A stretch of 64,000 nucleotides of DNA from an uncultured Dehalococcoidia bacterium. Lineage in GTDB: Bacteria; Chloroflexota; Dehalococcoidia; Lucifugimonadales; UBA2962. Shown piece after piece: positions 39,904 through 48,777 of the stretch. The stretch lies in NCBI GenBank assembly GCA_964637315.1, contig CAZWTT010000002.1, forward strand, positions 129,667-193,666. Reading direction: 5' to 3'. The number at the start of each line of letters is the position of its first letter. Within the stretch, counting starts at the first letter, position 1. The notes below the pieces were generated by a model. It saw only the letters and a list, made by a program, of their open reading frames with translations, did no database searches and was not told where the DNA came from. Both the position numbers and the translations under genes were made by a program.

Positions 39904-40836
39904 ATGCAACCTAGGGGGGAGGACCAACCCAAAGTGGCCACCGAACGCATCGCATACGTCAACGGCGAGATTGTTCCCGAGAGCGAGGCACGGGTCTCCA
40001 TCAACGACGTCGGCTTCCTCTACGGCGACGCCGTGTTCGACACCACCCGCACCTTCAACGGCGAGATATTCCGGCTCACCGAGCACCTCGACCGCTTCTA
40101 CCGTTCCCTCAAGTACATGCGCGTCGACCCCGGCATGACCAAACAGGAGATGGCCGACGTCACCATGCAGGTGCTAGAGCACAACCTCACCCTGCGGGGC
40201 GAGAACGAGGACTACTGGGTCTCCCAGCGTGTAAGCCGTGGCACGCGCACCCCCGACGGTCTGTCCAAACCAACCGTGGTGATTGAGTGTTTCCCCCTGC
40301 CGCTCAAGGAGCGCGCACCCCTGTACAGGGACGGCCTGCAACTGGTGACCGCGTCGATTCGGCGCACGCCCCCTGAGTCCCAGAGCCCCAGGGCAAAAGT
40401 ACACAACTACGTCAACATCATCCAGGCCGACCTGGAGGTGAAGGCTCAAAATCCTGTCGCGTCGGCCCTGCTGCTGGACGTCAACGGCAACCTCTGTGAA
40501 GGCATGGGCGCCAACATCTTTCTCGTCCGGGACGGAGAGATCTACACGCCACGCGAGCAGTACATTCTGGCGGGCATTTCTCGCAGCGTGGCGATTGAGA
40601 TGGCACACGAGTTGGCCGTCCCACTGCACGAGGCCGACCTCGACCTCTACGACGCCTACACCGCCGACGAGATATTCGTCACGTCGACGAGCTACTGCAT
40701 CTGCCCGGTGGCGTCGGTAAACGGCAGCGTGCCAGCCAACGCAGGCATCCCCGGTCCCGTCACCGGACGGCTGATGGACGCCTACTCCGGCCTCGTAGGC
40801 ATGGACATCGCCGGGCAGTACCTCGCGCACCTCTAG
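39904..40836 (+). CDS. Class IV (fold-type IV) aminotransferase, branched-chain/D-amino-acid type
   Basis: IAYVNGEIVPESEARVSINDVGFLYGDAVFDTTRTFNGEIFRLTEHLDRFYRS. An alternative GTG start lies at 39844. Confidence 0.8.
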   Translation: MQPRGEDQPKVATERIAYVNGEIVPESEARVSINDVGFLYGDAVFDTTRTFNGEIFRLTEHLDRFYRSLKYMRVDPGMTKQEMADVTMQVLEHNLTLRGENEDYWVSQRVSRGTRTPDGLSKPTVVIECFPLPLKERAPLYRDGLQLVTASIRRTPPESQSPRAKVHNYVNIIQADLEVKAQNPVASALLLDVNGNLCEGMGANIFLVRDGEIYTPREQYILAGISRSVAIEMAHELAVPLHEADLDLYDAYTADEIFVTSTSYCICPVASVNGSVPANAGIPGPVTGRLMDAYSGLVGMDIAGQYLAHL

Positions 40837-40875
40837 GTCCCACTCCGGTCCCCCTTAGCAAACTTCAACCGGGGC

Positions 40876-42051
40876 GTGAGTACAATTCGACCTAAGATCA
40901 TGCTCTCCCGGTCGGAGGGGGTTATTGATCTGGCCTGGGGTCATCCCTCGGACCGGCTGCATCCCCTCGGTGCCCTCAAACCCGCAGTGGATGAGGTCTT
41001 TGCCAGAGGCGAGATCGCCGCGCTCCAGTACAGCGGCTACCAGGGTTATGGGCCACTCATCGAGTCGCTGGCCGATTTTCTCTCGGACCAGCCGTGCTAC
41101 ACTGACCCCATAAGCCCGGAGGACCTGTATATCGGCTATGGTGCCTCTCACGGCCTCGACATGGCCTGCACCCTGTTCACCAAAGCGGGGGACACGGTGT
41201 GGGTGGAAGAGCCCAGCTACTACCTCGTCCGCCAGGTTCTCATCGACCACGGCCTCAACATCGTCGGCGTGCCGACTGACGAACGGGGTATGGCCGTGGC
41301 CGCCGCGGCCCGGATGTTGGAACGGAGAGAGGTCCCGAAACCGGCTCTCGTCTACGTCATCCCCACCTACCACAATCCGATGGGAACGGTGATGCCCGGT
41401 GATCGCCGAGAAGCGCTCGTCGAATTGGCATCAAAACACGACTTCCTGATCGCGTCCGACGAGGCCTATCACCTGCTGCACTACGGCGACCCGCCGCCGC
41501 CGCCGCTGGCGGCGGTCGACCGGTCCGATGACGGCCGGGCCGTGTCCCTGGGCTCGTTCTCGAAGATACTGGCGCCCGGCATCAAGCTCGGCTGGGTGCA
41601 GGCCAACCCCAAGCTGGTCGACCGCTACACTTACTCGGGCTCCAACTTCAGTGGCGGCAACAACAACTTTGCCGCATCCATTATCGACGTGGCCATCCGC
41701 GACGGTCTGCTCGCCGACCACATGGCGAACCTGCGAGACACCTACCGCCACCGTGTCGGCGTGATGGCGAGCGGCCTCACGAGTGCGCTACCCGGAGCCC
41801 GATTCCAGGTACCCGGCGGTGGCTACTATTTCTGGCTGACCCTGCCCGATGGCATCGACGCGACGGCGCTGGAGCGCCAAGCACTGGAAGCCGGCGTCAC
41901 CCTGCGTCCCGGCCCGGCCTTCTCCGGTGAGGGCCTCTTCACCAACTGTGTGCGGCTCTGCTTCGCGCTCTCCGAGTCAGACGAGATCGCCGAAGGCCTG
42001 CGCCGCTTGGGCACCGCCTACGCCGGGTTGACTGATACCGCCCTCACTTAG
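40876..42051 (+). CDS. Class I/II PLP-dependent aminotransferase
   Basis: 391 aa. YHNPMGTVM, SFSKILAPGIKLGW (PLP-lysine motif). GTG start. Confidence 0.75.
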   Translation: MSTIRPKIMLSRSEGVIDLAWGHPSDRLHPLGALKPAVDEVFARGEIAALQYSGYQGYGPLIESLADFLSDQPCYTDPISPEDLYIGYGASHGLDMACTLFTKAGDTVWVEEPSYYLVRQVLIDHGLNIVGVPTDERGMAVAAAARMLERREVPKPALVYVIPTYHNPMGTVMPGDRREALVELASKHDFLIASDEAYHLLHYGDPPPPPLAAVDRSDDGRAVSLGSFSKILAPGIKLGWVQANPKLVDRYTYSGSNFSGGNNNFAASIIDVAIRDGLLADHMANLRDTYRHRVGVMASGLTSALPGARFQVPGGGYYFWLTLPDGIDATALERQALEAGVTLRPGPAFSGEGLFTNCVRLCFALSESDEIAEGLRRLGTAYAGLTDTALT

Positions 42052-42127
42052 GAGGCTCCCTGCCGGCCATAAGCGACGGCTCGCGAGCCCCTGCGGGCGG
42101 CCCCTGCCCGTCTGTATAATCGGCTCT

Positions 42128-43162
42128 ATGAGGACTGCGGGGAGGACACGGTCCACGGCGGCTGACTCGCACGCCACGGACACCGAAGGCGCGCCCGGTA
42201 TCACGCCGGAGGCCCTGGTCGACGTCTACCGCAAGATGGTCCTCACCCGCACTCTGGACGAGCGTGTCTGGCAGCTCAACAGGCAGGGCAGGGCGGCGCT
42301 CGTCGCCTCCTCCCAAGGGCACGAGGGGGCGCAGGTCGCCTCCGTCGCGGCACTCAGGCCCGGCACCGACCTCTTCTACACCTACTACCGTGATTTGGGA
42401 GTCATGATCTCGGTCGGAGTAACCCCCGCTCAGATCATGCTCGCGTATATGGCGCGGGAGGGCGAGCCCATGAGCGGCGCCCGCCAGTTCCCCAGCCAGG
42501 GTGCGATGCCGGATCTCGGACTGGTCAACCTTTCGAACGTGGTCGCGACCCACCTGTCGCAGGGCGTGGGCGCCGCCCTCGCGATGCGAATGCAGGGCAG
42601 CGATGCGCTGGCGGCCATCTATTTCGGCGATGGTGCGTCCAGCACGGGGGACTGCCACGAGGCTATGAACTTCGCCGCCGTGCACAGTCTGCCCGTAATA
42701 TTCGTGTGCGAAAACAACGGCTACGCCATCTCCGTTCCGGTGAGAAAGCAGATGGCCGTCGACGGCGTCGCCTCCCGCGCAGCCGGCTATGGCATGCTTG
42801 GTGTGACCGTCGATGGCACCGACGCCGCTGCCGTTTGCGAGGTCACGGCTGCAGCGGCCGAGCGGGCACGCTCAGGCGAGGGGCCCACCCTCATCGAGGC
42901 GATGGTCGAGCGCTTCAAGCCCCATACCGGCGACGACGACCACACTCGCTACCGGAGTGACGATGAGTTGGAGGCGATGCAGGCACGCGACCCGGTCAGT
43001 ATCCTCCGGTCCCAGTTAGTGTCGACCGGCGTACTGAGCGAGACCGAGGACGCGGAGATCGTGGAGGCAGCTAGGCGTGAGGTCGACGAGGCCACCGACT
43101 TCGCTGAGGCGGCGCCCCTACCGGACCCGTCCACCTTTCACGATCACGTGTACGGGGACTGA
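42128..43162 (+). CDS. 2-oxoacid (branched-chain type) dehydrogenase E1 alpha
   Basis: TPP motif YFGDGASSTGDCHEAMNFAAVHSLPVIFVCENNGYAIS. Confidence 0.8.
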   Translation: MRTAGRTRSTAADSHATDTEGAPGITPEALVDVYRKMVLTRTLDERVWQLNRQGRAALVASSQGHEGAQVASVAALRPGTDLFYTYYRDLGVMISVGVTPAQIMLAYMAREGEPMSGARQFPSQGAMPDLGLVNLSNVVATHLSQGVGAALAMRMQGSDALAAIYFGDGASSTGDCHEAMNFAAVHSLPVIFVCENNGYAISVPVRKQMAVDGVASRAAGYGMLGVTVDGTDAAAVCEVTAAAAERARSGEGPTLIEAMVERFKPHTGDDDHTRYRSDDELEAMQARDPVSILRSQLVSTGVLSETEDAEIVEAARREVDEATDFAEAAPLPDPSTFHDHVYGD

Positions 43163-43211
43163 TGACGTACGGAGACTGAGGTCGGCCGTTTGGGCACCGC
43201 AGGTCGGAAAA

Positions 43212-44195
43212 ATGCCAGAAAAAACCGTTATTGAGGCCGTCCGGGAGGCCATGCGCGAGGAGTTGGCCCGCGATGACACCGTCTTCGTGCTGGGCGAGGA
43301 CATCGGTGTGCGGGGCGGCGTCTTCCTCGCCACCGACGGCTTCCTCGAGGAGTTCGGTGAAGAGCGCGTAATCGATACCCCTCTGGCCGAGTCCGCCATT
43401 GCAGGGGTGGCGATGGGCGCCGCGATGCACGGTATGAGGCCCATCGCAGAGGTCGAGTTCGCCGACTTCATTTGGCCGGCCTTCAACCAGATCGTCGGCG
43501 AAGCGGCGCGGGCCCGCTACGGCACCGAGGGTAAGATGCACGTGCCGATGGTCCTGCGTGCCCCCTACGGCGGTGGCGTGCGAGGCGGTCTGTTCCACTC
43601 CCAGAGCCCGGAGGCCTACTTCGCCCACACCCCGGGCCTGAAGGTGGTCGCCCCGGCAACGCCATACGACGCCAAGGGCCTATTGAAGTCCGCCATAAGG
43701 GATGATGACCCGGTCGTGTTTCTAGAGCACAAACGCACCTACCGGCTGGTCAAGGGCGAGGTGCCGGACGGGGACTACACGCTCCCCCTTGGCAGGGCCG
43801 ACGTGAAGATGGCCGGCGACGACGTCACCATCGTCACCTATGGCCTCATGCTGCACCATTGTGCCGAGGCCGCCCGGGTCGTGGCTGACGAGGGTATCGG
43901 CGTCGAACTCGTCGATTTGCGCACCCTTCGGCCCCTCGACCGGGAGACGGTCCTGGCCTCGGCGCGCAAGACCGGCCGCCTGCTGGTCGTGCACGAAGAC
44001 ACAGCAGCACTTGGAATAGGCGGAGAAGTTTCAGCAATCGTTGCTGAGCACGCCTTCGACCACCTCGACGCTCCCGTTCGTAGATTGGCCGGCCCGGAGG
44101 TTCCGCCGATGCCTTTCAGCCCACCGCTGGAAGCGGAGTTCATGATCTCGTCCGAGCAGATCGCCGCCGCGATTCGCGAAATGGCGGCCTACTGA
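43212..44195 (+). CDS. 2-oxoacid dehydrogenase E1 beta
   Basis: MPEKTVIEAVREAM...VLGEDIGVRGGVF...DTPLAESAIAG. Start chosen at ATG 43212 inside the longer track ORF. Confidence 0.85.
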   Translation: MPEKTVIEAVREAMREELARDDTVFVLGEDIGVRGGVFLATDGFLEEFGEERVIDTPLAESAIAGVAMGAAMHGMRPIAEVEFADFIWPAFNQIVGEAARARYGTEGKMHVPMVLRAPYGGGVRGGLFHSQSPEAYFAHTPGLKVVAPATPYDAKGLLKSAIRDDDPVVFLEHKRTYRLVKGEVPDGDYTLPLGRADVKMAGDDVTIVTYGLMLHHCAEAARVVADEGIGVELVDLRTLRPLDRETVLASARKTGRLLVVHEDTAALGIGGEVSAIVAEHAFDHLDAPVRRLAGPEVPPMPFSPPLEAEFMISSEQIAAAIREMAAY

Positions 44196-45508
44196 TGGTG
44201 TTTCGGGTTGAACTCCCACAGGTCGGCGAGTCAGTCACCGAGGGGGTAATCGGTAGGTGGCTGGTGTCCGAGGGTGACCGGGTGCGCAGGTACGACCCGC
44301 TCGTCGAGATAATCACCGACAAGGTGAACATGGAGATGCCGTCCCCCGTCACCGGCGTGATCGCAAGGCTCGTCGCGGCGGAGGGAGATACGCTGCCCAT
44401 GGGAGCGGTGATAGCCGAAATAGATGCCGACGAGGGTGAGATCGCCGCCGTCCAGTCGGACCGGACTCGCCCGGCCGACACCCTCGGCTCGCTCATCCAG
44501 GGCGTTGCGGTCGGTCCCACCGGCGCCGCCAACGTACCCCAGCAAACCACCCGGCGGCCTTCGGGAGTCCCGACTTCGCCTGTAGGTGAGCCCGGTCAGG
44601 CCGGGCCGCCTGGTGGACGTCGATCCGAGGCCTCGACGGCTCGCCACTCCCCCGCCGTCAGGCGACTTGCCCAACAGCACGGTGTCGACCTGATGTCGGT
44701 TCGGGGAACCGGTATCAGTGGCCGCGTGACGCGTAAGGACGTGGAGAGCTATATCGAAGCCCGTAACCTCTCGCCCGTCGGCGATGGCTCTGGGGACCGG
44801 CGCGTTCCCGTCACACCCGTGCGTAAGATGATCGCCACCAACATGGTACGGAGCGCCTCTGAGATTCCTCACGTGTGGTCCACGGTGGAGGTGGATGTCA
44901 CCGGACTGGTGGCGTTACGAGACGCGGTCAAAGAGCAGTTTCGGGCAATCAATGGCCACCCAATCACCTACCTCGCCTTCGCCATCTCGACCGCGGCCGG
45001 TGCGCTGCGCGAGCACCCGTTGCTCAACGCCCGCTGGGACGGCGACGTGATCACTGTCCGGGGCCGCGTGAACATCGGCATCGCCATCGCCACACCGGAA
45101 GCGCTGATCGTCCCGGTAATACGGGACACGGACCGCTGCACCGTCGCCGAGCTGGCGGGCGAGATCGACCGGCTCACCATCGCAGCCCGCGCCAATCGCC
45201 TGACGCCCGGCGACGTACAGGGCGGCACCTTCACCGTGAACAACACCGGTGCACTAGGGTCGGTGTCTTCAGGTCCGCTCATCGTGCCGGGGCAGGCGGC
45301 CATTCTCACGACCGAGGCCGTCGTAAGGCGGCCGATGGTGACAGGAGACGACGAGATCGCCGTGCGCTCGATGATGAACCTGTGCATGAGCTTCGACCAC
45401 CGCCTGCTGGACGGCGCTGGCGCCGGCGCCTTCCTTCAAACGGTAAAAGCCAACTTGGAAGCTATCGGCCCCGAGAGTCTGCTAGACAGTCCCGTGACGG
45501 GTGGCTAG
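44195..45508 (+). CDS. Dihydrolipoamide acyltransferase (E2, branched-chain type)
   Basis: Lipoyl EIITDKVNMEM, E3-binding SPAVRRLAQQHGVDL and catalytic DHRLLDG. The start overlaps the E1b stop (TGATG). Confidence 0.85.
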   Translation: MVFRVELPQVGESVTEGVIGRWLVSEGDRVRRYDPLVEIITDKVNMEMPSPVTGVIARLVAAEGDTLPMGAVIAEIDADEGEIAAVQSDRTRPADTLGSLIQGVAVGPTGAANVPQQTTRRPSGVPTSPVGEPGQAGPPGGRRSEASTARHSPAVRRLAQQHGVDLMSVRGTGISGRVTRKDVESYIEARNLSPVGDGSGDRRVPVTPVRKMIATNMVRSASEIPHVWSTVEVDVTGLVALRDAVKEQFRAINGHPITYLAFAISTAAGALREHPLLNARWDGDVITVRGRVNIGIAIATPEALIVPVIRDTDRCTVAELAGEIDRLTIAARANRLTPGDVQGGTFTVNNTGALGSVSSGPLIVPGQAAILTTEAVVRRPMVTGDDEIAVRSMMNLCMSFDHRLLDGAGAGAFLQTVKANLEAIGPESLLDSPVTGG

Positions 45509-46238
45509 CCGGCACATGTCACTCGAATCGAAGCCGTTGCGATCAGTATGGCTTGAGCGGTCTGACTACGCGGAAACCCTCGCTCTCCAGCGCGAGCTTG
45601 TGCGGATGGTGACGGAGGGTTCGGGACCCGAGACCATCCTGTTTCTGGAGCATCCACATGTATACACCCTGGGCCGCAGGGGCAAACACGCAGATATCCT
45701 CGCCGACACTGACGAACTGGCCGCACTGGATGTCGAGATTCATGAGACCGACCGAGGCGGAGAGGTCACATACCACGGCCCCGGTCAACTGGTTGGCTAC
45801 CCCATAGTCGACCTGCGTCCCCTCGGGGGGCCGCTCAAGTTCGTCTGCGCTCTGCAGGAGGCGATCGTCACGGCCCTGGCTGCCTGCGAGATCCCCGCGT
45901 CCTGCGCCGACAAACCCACCGGCATCTGGGTCGGTGAGGCCAAGATCGGGGCCATCGGTCTGCGCGTCAGCCGCGGTATCTCCAGCCACGGTTTCGCCGT
46001 TAACGTGGCGCCGGACCTTTCGTATTTTGACCGCATCGTCCCGTGCGGCATGCCCGACGTCGACGTGACGTCCGTGGAACGCGAGACAGCGCGAAGAAAT
46101 GGGGCGCGCGAGGGAGTCGACGCCACGGTTCGTGACATGGCGTCCCTTGTGGTCGATGCTCTGGGTACGGCGTTGAGTCGACCGGTGGTGTGGGTCGAGC
46201 CCGCTGACCTCCCGAGGCCGGTATCTCCCTCCCTATAG
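45501..46238 (+). CDS. lipB: Lipoyl(octanoyl) transferase
   Basis: LEHPHVYTLGRRG, RGGEVTYHGPGQLVGYPI and KIGAIGLRVSRGISSHGFAVNV. Confidence 0.85.
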   Translation: MASRHMSLESKPLRSVWLERSDYAETLALQRELVRMVTEGSGPETILFLEHPHVYTLGRRGKHADILADTDELAALDVEIHETDRGGEVTYHGPGQLVGYPIVDLRPLGGPLKFVCALQEAIVTALAACEIPASCADKPTGIWVGEAKIGAIGLRVSRGISSHGFAVNVAPDLSYFDRIVPCGMPDVDVTSVERETARRNGAREGVDATVRDMASLVVDALGTALSRPVVWVEPADLPRPVSPSL

Positions 46239-46248
46239 CTCACTCCCG

Positions 46249-48591
46249 GTGAACCTCGTACGCATCCTGCTCCGGTCGGCCCTGGGAAGGCGTCTGCCGG
46301 TCACATCCGGGTCTCTCCAGGTCGAGGGGATGGACGGTGAGGTCATCGTGCGCAGGGACCGCTGGGGGATACCACACATCACTGGCTCCACAGACAGAGA
46401 CGTCTGGTTCGGCCTGGGTTTTTGCCACGCCCAGGACCGGGCCTTTCAACTCGAATCGGTTAGGCGGGTCGCCCATGGAACACTCGCGGAGGTGGTCGGA
46501 GCCGAGGGGCTGACCGTCGACAGGCTCGCGAGGCGATTGGGTTTCCTCCGTTACGCCCGACCGCAACTGGATGTGCTCGACGAAGACGTTCTCCAGACCT
46601 TGGAGGTTTATACAAATGGCGTGAACGCTGGCTTGGCATTGGGCAGCAAGCGCAAGGCCCACGAGTTTGCGCTGCTGCGCATGAAGCCGTCCGGCTGGCA
46701 TCCGGTGGACGTGCTGGCCGTGGCCAAGCTGCTCTCGTTCGCGATGTCGGGAAACTGGGACGCGGAGCTGGCCCGGTTCCGCGTGCTCGTCGAAGACGGA
46801 CCCGACGCCCTGTCCCAGATCGACCCCGAGTACGCGGCCTGGCACCCGGTCGCCGCGGTCCCCGGTGACATCGCCGGCGAACAGCTTGACCGACTGTCGG
46901 AGGACCTGACTGCATTGACCAAGGCGCTGGGGATGTCGGGAGGCTCCAACGCCTGGGCCGTCGCCCCGTCCAGGACCGTCACCGGACGGCCCATCCTGGC
47001 CAACGACCCCCATCTCACGCCGCGCCTTCCATCCCCGTGGTACCTCGCCCACCTAGACGCCGGGGAATGGAGCATGGCCGGAGCCAGCTTCGTCGGCGTA
47101 CCCATATTCCCCACCGGCCACAACGGCCGGGTCGCCTGGGGCACTACCTTGGGTCTGGCCGATACCACGGACCTCTACATTGAGGGCCCTTTCGGTGACG
47201 GCGGCGGCACGCCCGAGACGGTCGAGACGCCGGTAGTGGTTCGGGAGGAGATTCGTGTTAAAGGGCGATCCACCGAGGTCGAGGACGTAGTGGTCACCCC
47301 GCGCGGCCCGTTGCTGACCCCGCTGATCGACGGGGCCGGCTACTCGATATCGATCCGGGCGATGTGGATGCAAGCGCGGCCAATAGCAGGCTTTCTCAAG
47401 ATCGGCCGTACACGCACCGCAGCCGAGTTCCGGATGATGTTCGAAGCGTGGCCGCTAATGTCGCTCAACCTCGTGTTCGCCGACGCAGCCGGTGCCATAG
47501 GTTGGCAGCTCGTGGGCGAGACCCCGGTGAGGCGCTCTAGCCATGGCATCGTCCCATCGGCGGCCTGGACCGGCGAAGGCGAGTGGCTCGAAAAACACGT
47601 GCCGTTTGGAGACATGCCCGGCGCGAGCGATCCCGACACCGGTTTCCTGGTTTCGGCGAACCACCGACCCCTATCCGAGACGAAAGGACGAGAAGAGACC
47701 GGCCCATTCTTGGGCGTGGACTGGGCCGACGGTCTCAGGGCGGCCAGAATCGAACAGCGGTTGTCGGAATACGGCCGGTGGGACGTCACCGAAACGGGCC
47801 GTCTCCAGACGGATTTGCTTGCCGTCCAGTGGGAGGAGGTGCGGGACGCCGTGCTCTCAATCCGACCACGAGACGCCGTCTCGCGAGACGCCCTCGCGCT
47901 GCTCGCTGACTGGGACGGGATGCTGGACGCTGACTCAGCGGCCGCCGCGGTATTCGAGCTACTGCTGGCCGAGATCGACCGGCGAGACGTGGCGGCTCGG
48001 GCGCCGAAAGCAGGTCACTCTGTTCTGGGCGCCGACATCGGAGGCCTGGGACAGCCCAACCTGCTGGCCTTCCGCCGGGCCGGGCGCATGAGCCGCCTCC
48101 TGAGGGAAGGGCCCTCGGATAGGGCGCTCGACGACTGGGCGAACCTCCTCAGCGATGCGTTGCAGGCTGTCGTGGCAAGGCTGTCGGCGCTGGCCGGGGC
48201 CGACCCGGACGGCTGGCGCTGGGGACGGTTGAGACTGCTCGTGCTCGAGCACCCCGTGGGACGGAAATGGCCTCTGCACAAGGTCTTTAACATTGGCCCC
48301 GCGCCGTTCGGAGGCGACACCAACACCGTCGCCCAGGCCGCCGTGGACCCGCTGGACCCGCTGGCCAACCCCATGGTTATCCCCTCGCTTCGTTGCGTTA
48401 TGGACGTCGGTGACTTCGACCGCTCGACCTTCGTTTTGCCCGGCGGCCAGTCCGGGAACCCGTTCTCTCCGCACTACCGTGACATGTACCCGCTCTGGCT
48501 TCGGGGCGAAGGGGTACCCATCCCCTGGTCGGCCGACGAGGTTGGGCGGGCCACTGTCAACACCATGCTTCTTGAGCCGCAGAACCGATAG
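46249..48591 (+). CDS. Penicillin-acylase-family Ntn hydrolase (penicillin/AHL acylase type)
   Basis: 780 aa. The beta-chain nucleophile context GGSNAWAV (Ser codon 46945-46947) and RPILANDPHL. No obvious hydrophobic signal peptide at the GTG-start N-terminus. Confidence 0.85.
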   Translation: MNLVRILLRSALGRRLPVTSGSLQVEGMDGEVIVRRDRWGIPHITGSTDRDVWFGLGFCHAQDRAFQLESVRRVAHGTLAEVVGAEGLTVDRLARRLGFLRYARPQLDVLDEDVLQTLEVYTNGVNAGLALGSKRKAHEFALLRMKPSGWHPVDVLAVAKLLSFAMSGNWDAELARFRVLVEDGPDALSQIDPEYAAWHPVAAVPGDIAGEQLDRLSEDLTALTKALGMSGGSNAWAVAPSRTVTGRPILANDPHLTPRLPSPWYLAHLDAGEWSMAGASFVGVPIFPTGHNGRVAWGTTLGLADTTDLYIEGPFGDGGGTPETVETPVVVREEIRVKGRSTEVEDVVVTPRGPLLTPLIDGAGYSISIRAMWMQARPIAGFLKIGRTRTAAEFRMMFEAWPLMSLNLVFADAAGAIGWQLVGETPVRRSSHGIVPSAAWTGEGEWLEKHVPFGDMPGASDPDTGFLVSANHRPLSETKGREETGPFLGVDWADGLRAARIEQRLSEYGRWDVTETGRLQTDLLAVQWEEVRDAVLSIRPRDAVSRDALALLADWDGMLDADSAAAAVFELLLAEIDRRDVAARAPKAGHSVLGADIGGLGQPNLLAFRRAGRMSRLLREGPSDRALDDWANLLSDALQAVVARLSALAGADPDGWRWGRLRLLVLEHPVGRKWPLHKVFNIGPAPFGGDTNTVAQAAVDPLDPLANPMVIPSLRCVMDVGDFDRSTFVLPGGQSGNPFSPHYRDMYPLWLRGEGVPIPWSADEVGRATVNTMLLEPQNR

Positions 48592-48636
48592 CCAGTGCCG
48601 CCAGGAGCCCGCCTGCCTGAGTTCGGACGCCTCGAC

Positions 48637-48642
48637 TATAAT
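48637..48642 (+). promoter_or_regulatory. Possible -10 element upstream of the FtsX/ABC locus
   Basis: A perfect TATAAT in an otherwise GC-rich 170-nt intergenic region. The -35 is poor (TGCCTG/CTGCCT). Confidence 0.25.
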
Positions 48643-48699
48643 TGCGCGATCCAGTCGGCGGGCCGGTAGGCGAGGCGGTTGCGGAGGGGGAGGACATCG

Positions 48700-48777
48700 A
48701 TGCACCTCGACTGCGGTCATCACTCGTACACAACAGCAGCCCGCCGGCACGCCACGCCACCATGCCAGAACCTTTGA
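48700..48777 (+). CDS. 25-codon upstream ORF overlapping the permease start
   Basis: ATG 48700 is preceded by GGAGGGGGAGGA (48683-48694) at 5-6 nt. It encodes MHLDCGHHSYTTAARRHATPPCQNL and stops at 48775-48777, 13 nt past the permease ATG (48762), which has no SD of its own. Confidence 0.35.
   Translation: MHLDCGHHSYTTAARRHATPPCQNL

Noticed and set aside
44875-45612. 245-aa alternative-frame ORF across the E2/lipB junction.
   Set aside because: It overlaps two motif-supported genes out of frame, and its product is an Arg/Gly/Pro-rich artefact.
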